A program made the position numbers and the translations under genes. Below, piece by piece: positions 37,601 through 49,600 of a stretch of DNA of 64,000 nt. A model generated the notes under the pieces. It was not told where the DNA came from, did not search any database, and worked only from the letters and a program-made list of their open reading frames with translations. The DNA is taken from the NCBI RefSeq assembly GCF_035084215.1, contig NW_027139442.1, positions 5,766,001 through 5,830,000 on the forward strand, read 5' to 3'. Source of the stretch: Heptranchias perlo. Its lineage: Eukaryota. The stretch's first letter is position 1, and every line of letters begins with the position of its first letter.

Positions 37601-40600
37601 ATTCCTTTCCTTTCTACATTCCGGACTGCAGGTCCAATCTTACAATGTAATTCATTTCCTTCCCACATTCCGTACTGCAGGACCAATATTGGAATGTATT
37701 TCCTCTCCTTCCTGCATTCCGGACTGCAAGTCCAATATTAGAATCTAAAACGTTTCCTTCCTACATTCCGGACTGCAGGTCCAATATTGGAGATACCAAA
37801 GTATCTGAAACAAGCACTTAAAGAGGAATAGTTTGAATATTAGAATTTGATATCTTCACGTAAGCGAGAAAAGTCAAACCGTTAACTCCAGTAATGATCT
37901 GGTGGGCAGTCGATGCGCAATTGAGCAATGAGATCAAAAGCCATTCGGTTATATTCCTCTCTCGTAATATTAAACGTTCAATTTTGTTGCAGTGAATAGA
38001 GCGTGTTTTGAAAAATATATGTTAAGAGCTTGAACAGGCATATTAAAAATCTCTGTTCAATATCACTCACCTGCTATCGTTACCGACACAGCCTCGCTGA
38101 GCTGGGACCACAGCCACCTTCTGTTGACGGATCTTCCATATCGGCATTGGTACCGCCCTCCCTGGTTTGTACCTGTTACCGTGAATGTTCCAATGTTGTT
38201 CTTTGTGACGATTTGACTAGAGTACAGAATTTCGCTATTTCCGTAAAAGTAGAATACTTCGCCGAGATAGTCCCTCGTCACGGTGCAGGTAATGGTGACT
38301 GCCTCTCCTTCCAAATACACACCAGTCGATTGATCAAGTGATACCTCTGGCGGTGTTAGCGAATCTGTGGTAAATAAATGGAAAGACCAATTAGAAATCG
38401 ATCTTTGGGTTTACTTGTGCTGTGGAAGTTTAGAAACTCAATATAGATTCTGCTGTTCGATCGGGGACTGAGATGTCAAAAAGGGGAATTCGTGGTCTCA
38501 TCAGGAGAATGATAGAAAAGTGCGAAATAACAAGAAATTAATCAACTGCGTGTGGTATTTCCAAAGTTGAGTTTTAGCTCAGAAATTGCACCGTGGAAAG
38601 CGAGTGGAGTAAGGGGAATGCATTAATCTGCAATTCTTATTTCTGATCATTTATCAGAGGAGCAGACTGGATTATACAACAAATACTTGCATAGCGCCTT
38701 TATCGTAGTAAAACGTCCGACGGTGCTTCACAGGTGCGATACCAAACAAAATTTGATACCGAACAATATGAGGAGATATTGAGGTCGGTGACCAAAAGCT
38801 TGGACAGATAGGTTTTTAGAAGGAGAGAGGGGAAGAGAGGCCGAGAGGTTTCGCGAGGGAATACAGCGGTTGGAGCCCAGGCAGCTGAACGCTTGGGCGC
38901 CAATTGTGGAGCAATGAAAATCATGGATGCGGAAGAGGCCAGAATTGGATGAGCGCAGAGATCTCAGGAGGATTGTGGGGCTGGAGGAGATTACGGAAAT
39001 AGGGAGTGGTGAGGCCATGGAGGGTTTTGAAAACAAGGATGAGAATTTTAAAATCGAAGCGTTGCAGGACCGTAAGCCAATGCAGGTCAGTGAGCACAAG
39101 AGGAGATGGGTTTTCGGGAATTGGTGAGAGTTAAGAGAAGTGCAGCAGAGTTTTTTTCATTTGCTCAATTTCGTGGAGGGTAGAAGATGGGAGACCGGCT
39201 CGGAGAGCACTGGAAAAGTCGAGTCTAGAGGTAAAAAAGGCAAGGATGAGGGTTTCAGCAGCATATAAACCAAGGGTGGAGATGGGCAATGTTAGGTGGA
39301 AGTAGGCACTCTTGGTGATGGAGCGGATATGTGGTCAGAAGCTCATCTTCGCGTCACATCGGACGTCAATTTACATTTTTTCTAATTTGACAGTTTGCAA
39401 TTAATCCACAGTAAGATTTGTAGATGGCGGTGGGCCTGGCGGTGTCTGCCAGCGGTTACTAATATCGGCGTCACCACCATAACGTGCACATGTAATAACT
39501 ATTATCAAGTTAACCAGTTCCTTGAGTTTTGCAACGTATACGGCCGGTTGAACTGAGTGAGTGCTGCATTGTCGGAGGTACCGTCGTCTGCACTCTCAGG
39601 TGGACGTAAAAGATGGCATGATTTCAAAGAAGAGCAGTGGTGTTCTCCCTGGAGTTCTGTCCACTATTTATCCCTCAACCAACAGGAGGGGGAAAAAAGC
39701 ATATTATCTGTCCGTTATCTCATTGGTTTTTGTGGGATCTTCCTATGAGCAAATTAGCTGGCGCGTTTCCTACATTACAGCAGTGACTGCACTTTAAAAT
39801 TACGTCATTGGTTGCTAAGCTCTTTAGGACATCCTGAGGTCGTGAAAGGCGCTATATATTAATGCAAGTCTTTCTTTCTTTTCATTTACCTGTAACAGTT
39901 ATTTCAACAGAGTTGCTGTACTGTGATTGCACCTCTCTTCCTGAAACAGTTTTCGTGTCCCGGCAAGTATACGATCCTTTGTCCCCATCAGAGATCTGGT
40001 CAATGCGGAGCCTGGCCCAACGTCGATCTACATCGGTGCGGGTCAGTAACTCACTGTTTCTGTAGAAAGTGAAAGGGCTACCGCTGTGGAGCCCGAGACT
40101 GGTACATGTTAGAGTGGCCGCATCTCCTTTTAGGTACACACCCGAATGTTGGTCCAGAGCAATTCTTGGAATCACAAGAGAATCTGAAACAAAAGTTAAA
40201 GATTAATTTTACCTAAGCTACACTTTGCCAGACTTGCACGCATTATGTAGGTGAATATTAATACTTATTAATGCTTTGCTGCCACCAGTATTTATAATAA
40301 ATGTAAGCCCACAACTCAGAGTTGAGTTGAAAAGAGTCGGTGCGCAGTGAAACTAACCATCAGTTAGATGAGCCTCATCTTTCTCTCCAATCAAAAATCC
40401 AGCTGCATTCATTGTAGCAGAGGAAAATCCAGGGTTTGGATCATTGTAAATAGGAACAGGAGTCGGCAATTCAGCATTTCGACCCTGCTCCGCCATGCAA
40501 TTGGATCATGGCTGATCTGCACCTCAACCGCATTTGCTCACCTTTAATCCAGCCAGTATTAAAATCTATCCATCTCAGTATTGAAAATTGTATTTGTCCC

Positions 40601-43600
40601 AGCATGCACAGCCTTTTTGGGGAGGGAGTTCTCGGTTATTACTGGACTTCGTGTGAAAAAGTGCGACCTACGTTCACTCCTAAATGTCTCAGTTCTAATT
40701 TTAATATTCTTCTGGATTCCCTGACGAGAGGAAATAGTTTCTGCCTTTCTACCGTATCGAATATCTTTATCGATTGGATAACCCCTGAAATTTCAATACT
40801 CAAGGAAATATAAGCTAATTTAAGGCTACCTTTCAATATATTATTTAATCCTGTAAGCCTCGGTATCATTCTGATGAATCTATGATGAACCCCCTCCAAG
40901 GCCAATATATCCTTCCTGAGTTTCGGTGCCCAAAACTGAATGCAGTACTCCAGAGATGGTCCAGCCAAGGCTGTGCACAAATGAAGCATATCTTTCTCCC
41001 CATTGTATTCCAGTCCCTTTGAGATAAAGGCCAGAGTTCCATTCGCCACTTTGATTGTTTTTTTATGTGTCTACGAGCTTTTATTGATTTATGTAAATGG
41101 ACACCCATTTTCCACCGTTCCTAGTTTCTCACCAGTTAGAAAATACTGCAATTCATCTTTCTTGGGTTCTAAGAGGATGATCCCTCACTTGTCCACATTG
41201 AACACTCATTTAATCTCTCTTTGCCCACTCATTTAATCTCTCTTTGTCCGTCTGTAAGTTACTGCTCCCATCTGCGCTACTTGTATTTAAAAATTCGGAG
41301 GAGTTGATTGGGGAATGTAAAACAAATGGATATAGATAGAGATCAAATGTAAGCGATTTAGTGCAGTGAACAGGAGAAACAATTTTAAACCGAGAGTTGT
41401 GAGGCTGGTGATTGACACAGAGACCATGTTAACATTGAACAATAGTTTAGATAAATGGTTGAAGGAAAGGAGGATAAAAGGGTTGTGGAAACAAGGTGAG
41501 GAATGGGATTAGGTCTACTTCTCTTGTGGGCCAACACGAACTTATTGGGCCTAACAGCGTTTCTCCGTGTTGTAATTTCTCTGTAATTCTATCTATCTGA
41601 CATCCTTGTATTACAACAGAAAATCCGACTGGAGTCAGACAAGCAGCATTGCAGTTGTCTTTTTGATTTTATTTTAATGATCTATGTGAGTGGTGGAAAC
41701 CGAATCTTGTCAATTATTTCATACAGTCTTCCCATTAGAACAGAAGTAGGCCATTCACCACCTCGACCCTGTTCCGCCACTGAATTAGATAATAGCTGCT
41801 CTGTATCTCAACTCCATTGACCTGTCTTGGCTCCATATCGCTTACCTGATAAAAACCTACCAATCTCTGTTTTGAATTTTTCAATTGATCCAGCTTCTCT
41901 CCATCTACCCGGTCAACTCATTTGATCTTTCAAAACATCTCAATTAGATTTACCACTTAATCTTTTATATTCAAGGGACTATAAGCCGAGTCTATGCAAT
42001 CTGTCCTCATAATTTACCCTTTTCACCCCGGTATCATTCTGGTGAATCTGCGTTGCACCCCTTCCAAGGCCAATATATTCTTCCAGAGGTGCAGTGCCCA
42101 GAGCTAAAAACAATACTCTAAATGTGGTCTGACTGGAGCTCTGCACATCTGTAACATAACTTCCACCGCTTTGTATTCTAGTCCACTTGAGATACAGGCC
42201 AACATTACATTAGCCTTTCAATTAATTTCTGTACCAAGCTTTTATTGATTTCTGTACTTTGAACCCGAAATCTCTCTGCTTTCTAGCTTCTCGCCATTTT
42301 GAAAATAGTCTGTTGGCAAAAGTGGATGACCTCACAGTTTTCCACATTGAACTCCATCTGCCACTGTTTTTGCCCACTCACTTAATCTATTAATGTCTCT
42401 TTGCAAATTTCTGCTCCAGTCTGCAGCATTTACTGTGCCCCCTAAATTAGTGTCATGATCAAACTTAGAAATACAGCTCTCTATTCCTTGATGCAAGTTC
42501 TTTATAAATATCGTGAAAAGCTGAGGTCACAGCATAGATCCCCTGGAGGAACCACGAGTCATATCCCGCCAGTTTGAGTATCCCGACATTCTGTCTCCTA
42601 CCTCCTACCCAATTCCATATCCAAGCCAATAATATGTCTCCAATTCCCTGCATTCCCATTTTTGTTAACAGTCTCTTATGTAGAAACTTGTCGAATAGAA
42701 AAATAACATCCAGAGACATTCCCTTATCTACCACGTTAGTTACCTCCTCAAAAACTCAACTGGGTTAGTTTGACATGACTTACCCATTACATATCCTTGC
42801 TGGGTCTCTCTGATCAGCTCAAATTTGTACAATGCTCAGTCACTCTGTCCCTAATAACAGGGTCTAGTAACTTCCCGACAACTGACGCTAGACTAATAGC
42901 TATGGAATTTCCTCGTTTATCTCTCCTACCTTTCCTAAATAATGCAGTGACATTGGCAGTTTGCCAATCCTATGGGACAATTTCTGAGTCGAGATTGCCT
43001 CTTGATTATTCCATTCTGTTGGTACTGTAGTTAACTGTGTTTCACGCATCATTCCCAGATATGTGTTTGTAAAACAATCAGTTGTTCCTTTCACTATGCA
43101 ATAAACTATATAATTATTTACTTTCAGTTGTGCAGATTTTACCGACTAAAACGAGACCAATGAAAGTGTAATGTTCGGCCGGGCATCTTCAGCGAATTGG
43201 ATGTTCCGTTCTGCTTTGTTTCTGTCCATTTAACTTTCCACTCCTTGTAATGTTGCAAAACCACTGCCTCATCTGACTCATCTGTTACCGTTACTTGCAT
43301 TGAGTCACTGCGGGAGGACCATATCCATTCCCCATTGCACTAATTTTCATCCCTGCACTAGTAATCTCTTTGATCATTTCTGCCAGTTGTTGCATTGTTA
43401 GACACGGTGCTGGGAGTAGAACCTGGCATTAATAGCTTAAACTGTAAAATGTATGATCGCCACCAAGGTAATTTCTGTCTCCACTGCAGTTAATATCGAT
43501 GATCAAAGAGATAGATATAAGGGAGGCGGGGGGCGGTACACAACTATGATTTAATGGAAAGCCCAGACATGTGGGTCAAGGTAAGCTGCTGGCAAAAGCA

Positions 43601-46600
43601 GACGGTTCAAGAAGATAAAATGTGTGATTTGGTGATCAGGGCTACAATGCATCCACGACGGTTTTAATGGGTCAGATGGTGGAATGTAAAACCTGGTGAG
43701 GAGGCGTCAGTCAGGTTCAAGGTATTGCCATTCTCATTCAAAAATAATTAAGGTCAAGGCAACCCCACAATCATCCACATGGATGACAAGGGCTTTATTA
43801 GTGAGTGAACCTTCATTCTGGATGGAATGAGTTGGACGGTGATTGATCAACTGAAGAGTCAAGTGGTGTAGCCGAGGGTGAGGTGAGTGAGAGAGGGCAG
43901 AACATTTTGAAGGGGGAAGAGGAACAGCCATAATTCGCGGTCCTAGTGGGAACCAGTGACATAGAAAGGAAAAGAGTTGAGGGCCTGCAGTCAGAATTTT
44001 AGGAGGTACGGAGGAAGTTAAAAAGCAGAACCTCAATGGTAGTAATCTCTGGATTACGCCCAGTGCCAGCCATTAGCGAGTAGAGGAGCAATTGGATGAG
44101 ACAGGTTAATGCGTGTCTGGAACAATGGTGGTGGAGTGAGGCCATCAGATTCCTGGGGCGTTGGGAGCAATAATGGCATAGGAGGGATCTGCTCAAGATG
44201 GAGGGGTTGCACCTCAAAAGACCTCGGACCAATCCCCTTGCGGGGAGCTTAACTAGTGCTGTGGGTGAGCGTTTAATTTAATTTGGTCGAGGGATGGCAC
44301 AAGGATGAAACATCGGAGAGCAGAAACAAGATGCACAGAGGAATGGGAGAGGCAAATAGCACTAGAGTAAAGAATAGTTCAGACGGAGAAACATAGGAGA
44401 ATAGAAACAAAGAAAATAGGAGGAAGAGTAGGCCATTCGGCCCTTCAGGCCTGCTCTGACTTTCAAAATGATCATGGCTGATCGTCCAACTCAGTACCCT
44501 GTTCCGTCTGTTCCCCAATATTACTTGATCCCTTTAGCATTAAGAAATATATCCATCTCCTTCTTGAATACATCGAATGAATTGACCTCCACTGCATTCT
44601 GTGGTACAGAATTCCACATGTTCACCACCCTCTGAGTGAAGAAATTTCTCCTCATCTCGGTTCTAAATGGCATACTCTGTATCCTGAGAATGTGGCCCTT
44701 GGTTCAGGACTCTCCAGCCACCGGGAACATCCTCCCTGCATCTAGTCTGTCCAGTCCTGTTGGAATTTTATCTTTCGATTAGATCACCTATCATTCTTCT
44801 AAACGCGAGTGAATATAGGCCTAGTCGACCCAATCTCTCCTCATACGTTAGTCCTGCCATCCCAGGAACCAATCTGGTAAACCTTCGTTGCACTCACTCC
44901 ATGGCAAGGGCATAGTTCCTCAATTATGGAGACCAAAACTGCACACATTACTCCAGATTTGGTCCCACATAGGAGTGATCAGACAGGGGGCAAATGCGAA
45001 TCAGTCTCAGGTGAGTTTGGACAGCACATTGCATGGTAAATAAAGTTTGTGATTTTCACGCACAAGTCGCATATGGGACTATGATATGGTGGCCATAACT
45101 GAGATCTGGCTCAAAGAAGGAAGGATTGACAACTTAATATTCTTGGCTATAAAGTAATCAGGAAAGATACGGATGGAAAGAAGGGGTGGGGGGCGGGGTT
45201 GTGACAGTATTGATCAGATAAACTATTATGGTACTGGAAGGGGATGATGTAGTTGATGGGTAAAAGACATAATCTATTTGGTTGGAATTAAGGAACAATA
45301 CGGGAGCTATTACGCTACTGGGAGTATACTATAAGCTAACAAAATGTGGGAAGAAGATAGAGGAGCAAATTTTCAGGCAAATTACAGAAAGATGCAAGAA
45401 CTAGAGAGTAGTTTGAGCAGGGGACATCAATTATCCCAATATAGTCTGGGATAGGTACAGTAACAAAGGGCAAAGAGCGGCAGGAATTATTGAAATGTGT
45501 GCAAGAGAACTTTATTGATCAGTATGTTTTCGGACCAACGAGGAAGGAAACAGTGCTGGATCTAATTCTGGGGAATGAAGTGGGGCAAGTGGAGAATGTG
45601 TCAGTGGGGAGCAGCGGGGAACAGTGATCATAATATAATCAGGTTTGGAAAATAGTTTTGGAAAAATAAAAGGAACGATGAGCATTGAGATACTTAACCG
45701 GAGGACGGCTAACTTCATTGAGTTAAAAAGGGATCTGGCCAAGTTAGATTGGAATCAGAAATTGTTCGGCAAAACAGTAATTGCACAATGGGAGGCCTTC
45801 AAGGAGGAGATGGATCGGATACAGAGTAGATATATTCCCACCAGGGGAAATGAAAGGCATCCAAATCTGGAACTTCCTGGATGACGAAAGATACATCAAT
45901 TAAAATGAAACAGAAAAGGGACGTTTATGGTAAATGTAAGAGTCATAATATAGCAGAGAACCAAGCTGAAAACAAAAAATTGCGGAGGAGATTCATGAAA
46001 GGAAATAAGAGGGGCAAAGAGAGAGTATGCGAATAGAGCCGTGAGCATAGAAGGGAATCCAAAAGCATTTTATTGATATTTACATGGTAGAAGCATAATC
46101 AATGTTAGGGTAGGACTGATTGGCACATAAAGGGCGACCTTCTTGTCGAGGCAGGGGCGATTGCTGAGGTAATAAATGAATACTTCGCATTGATTGTCAC
46201 TAGTGAAGAGGATATTGTCAATGTAGCAATAAAGGAGGAGATAGCAGCGATATGAGATAGGATAAATATAGATAAAGAGGAGGTGCGTAAAAGTTTGGAA
46301 TGACCCAAAGTAGAACAGTCACCCGGTCCAGATGGGATGTGTCTTGGTTACTGAGGAAAGTAAGGATGGAAATTGCAGAGGATCTCGCCAAAATCTTTCA
46401 ATCCTCCTTAGTTATGGGAGTGGTGCAAGAGGACTGGAGGATTGCAAATGTTAAACAATTCTTCAAAAAAGTGAAGAGGGATCAATCCGGCAATCATCGG
46501 CCAGTCAGCCTAACGTCGCTGGTGGGAAAACTTTTAAAGACAATAGTCTGAGACAAAAATAATTGTCACTTGGAAAATTATGGGCTAATAAATTACATTA

Positions 46601-49600
46601 CATCGAATTACATAGAATGTACAGCAGAGAAACAGGCCATTCGGCCCAACAGGTCCATACCGGCGATTATGCTCCACACGAGCCTTCTCCTTCCCTACTT
46701 CATCAAACTCGAATGAAAGTCAGCACGGATTGGTTAAAGCAAAATCATGTTTGACTAATTTCATTGATTCTGTTGATGAAGTAGCGGAGAGGGTTGATGA
46801 GGGGAGTGCGGTTGATGCTGTGTATATGGACCTTCAAAAGGCAGTTGCTAAAGTACCACATTGTAGATTTGTTAGCAATATTAGCATTATAGGTTCGGTC
46901 GCAGCGTGGATATAAAATTGGCCCGGGGACAATTGTGAGAGCAATGGTGAACGGATCATTGTCAGACTGGAAGGATGCACAGAGTAATGTTCCCCAGGGG
47001 TTGACATTAGGTCCACTGCTCCTTTTGATTATATTAATGACCTAGACTTGGGTATGCAGCGTATAATTTCAAAGTTTACAGATGACACGAAACTCGGAAA
47101 TGTAGTAAATCATGTCGAGGAAAGTAACAGATTAGAGGAGGACATAGACATCGTGGTGAAATGGACAGACACATGGTTGATTTAATTTAATGCAGCGAAG
47201 TGTAAAGTAATACATTTTGGTCGGAAAAACGAGGAGAGGCAATACAAACTAAATGGTACAATTCTAAATGGAGTGCAGGAACAGAGTGACCTGGGGGGTA
47301 TGTACACAAATCTTTGAATGTGGAAGGATCATTTGAGAATACCGTTCAAAAAGAGTATGGGAAACTTGGCTTTATTAATAGAGGCTTAGATACAAAAGTA
47401 AGGACGATATGCTAAAACACTGGTTAGGTCTCAGCTAAAGTATTCTGTTCAATTCAGGGCACCACACTTTAGCAAGGATGACACGGCCTTAGAGAGGGTA
47501 CAAAAGAGAATTATTAGAATGGATCCAGGGGTGAGTACTTCAGTTACACGGATAGATTGGAGAAGCTGGGATTGTTCTCCTTCGAGTAGAGAAGGTTAAG
47601 GGGTGATTTAATAGAGTTGTTCAAAATCATGAACGGTTTTGAAAGCGTAAATAGTGAGAAACTGTTTCCTGTGACAAAAGGGTCAGTATCATAATATCAC
47701 AGTAGAGTACAACGCAGAAGGAGTCAATTCGGTCCAATTCGGTAATTGCCTCTTCTAATTCTGACTCCCAAAATATATCACTTCACACTGCTCAGAGTTA
47801 AATTTCATCTGCCATGTGTCTACCCATTTCACCAGAGTGTCTATGTCCTCCTGAAGTCTGATATTATTCTGAACATTGTTTGCCACATGTCCGAGTTTCG
47901 TATCATCTGAAAACTTTGAAATTATACTCCGTATGCCCAAGTCGAGGCCAGTAATATATATCAAAAAGAGCCGTGGTTCTAATGCCGATCACTAGGGAAC
48001 AGTACTGTCGACTTCCCTCCAGTTTGAAAACCACTACTCTTTGCTTTCTGTCCCTTAGCCAATTTTACAACCACGCTTCCACTCTCCATTGAATCCCATG
48101 GGCTTCAATTTTTCTTGCAAGTCTATTATTTGGTGCTTCATCAAATGCCTTTTGAAAGTCCATATGCACAACATCGACCGCATTGCCCTCATCAACCCTC
48201 TCCGTCATTTCATCAAAGTCACCAGACGACATAGATTTAAGGTGATTGGCAAAACAACCAGAGGCGACATGAGGAAAGATTTCTTATGCAGCCAGTTGTT
48301 ATGATTTGGAATGCGTTGCTTGACAGAGTGATGGTAACCGATTCAATATTTGAAGGGAAACATTTACAGGGCTATGGGGAAAGCGCAAGGTCGTCGGCAC
48401 AGGCACGACGAGCCGAATGGCCTCCTTCTGTGCAGTACAACGTTATGATGCTATATGGTACCATGAGTCGGACGGGAAGTTGGCTGGTGAGATGAGGCCT
48501 CAGCAGACACGCTGGCCATTCGGGTTGCTGCTCCTATGAAGCGAGAGGCAGGGCCTTCGTTAGGCAGTGCAGAGAACACCAAGAAAGGCACAAAGGCCGG
48601 CTGCGGCTTGTTCAAGTTATTCAAACTGGGAGCATAGAAAGTAAGAAGGAAGGCGGAGGAGTGGTGATGCTTTGGGTTATTGGAGTGGGAGCGGGAGGCA
48701 CCAAAGAGGAAAAGGGGAAAATAAAGAACACAGAGAAGCAGGAGAGCGATCTGGGGTGGGGACAGATTGATCCTTCAATTCATGCAGCCAATGTATGACT
48801 GATGCCGAATGCTGGGATTTGCTAACAAAGCGGAATACAGGTTTGATCTAAAGAAGTAACGTTAACAAAAGGGTGTAAAAGAAATGACAGCCATCCGTGG
48901 CAAAGTAAAAAAAATAAGGATAGTACCCGAATAAAAACAATGACATATAAGGTAGCCAAACTTAGTGGGAGGAGAGAAGATTAGTAAGTCTTCAAAAGAC
49001 AGCAAAAAGTAACGAAAGGATTGGTTAAGAAAGGGAAGATAGATTATGAAAATAAATTCGCAAAAAATATAAAAACAGATAGCAAGAGTTTCTACAGTTA
49101 GATAAAAAGAAAAAGGGTGGCTAAGGCAAACTTCGGTCCCTCAGAGGATGAGACAGGGAAATGAATGGTGGGAAACATGGAGATGGCAAGAATGCTAAAC
49201 AAATATTTTGTTTCAGTCTTTACGGTAGAGGGCACGAAGAATATCCCAACACTGGACAAACAGGGGGCTCTTGGCGGGGGGAGGAGCTAAATACGATTAA
49301 AATCACTAGGGAATTGGTATTCAGTAAATTAATGGGACTCAAGGCGGATAAATCCCCTGGGCCTGATGGCTTGCATCCTAGGGTCTTGAGGGAAGTGGCA
49401 GTCGGGATTGTGGATGCTTTGGTAATAATTTTCCAAAATTCTCTGGACTCGGCAAAGGTCCCGGCAGATTGGAAAACTGCTAATGTAACACCCTTATTTA
49501 AAAAGGGTAGTAGGCAGAAGGCTGGAAAGTATAGACCAGTTAGACTAACATCTGTGGTGGGTAAAATTTTGGAGTCTATTATTAAGGAGACAGTAGCAGA

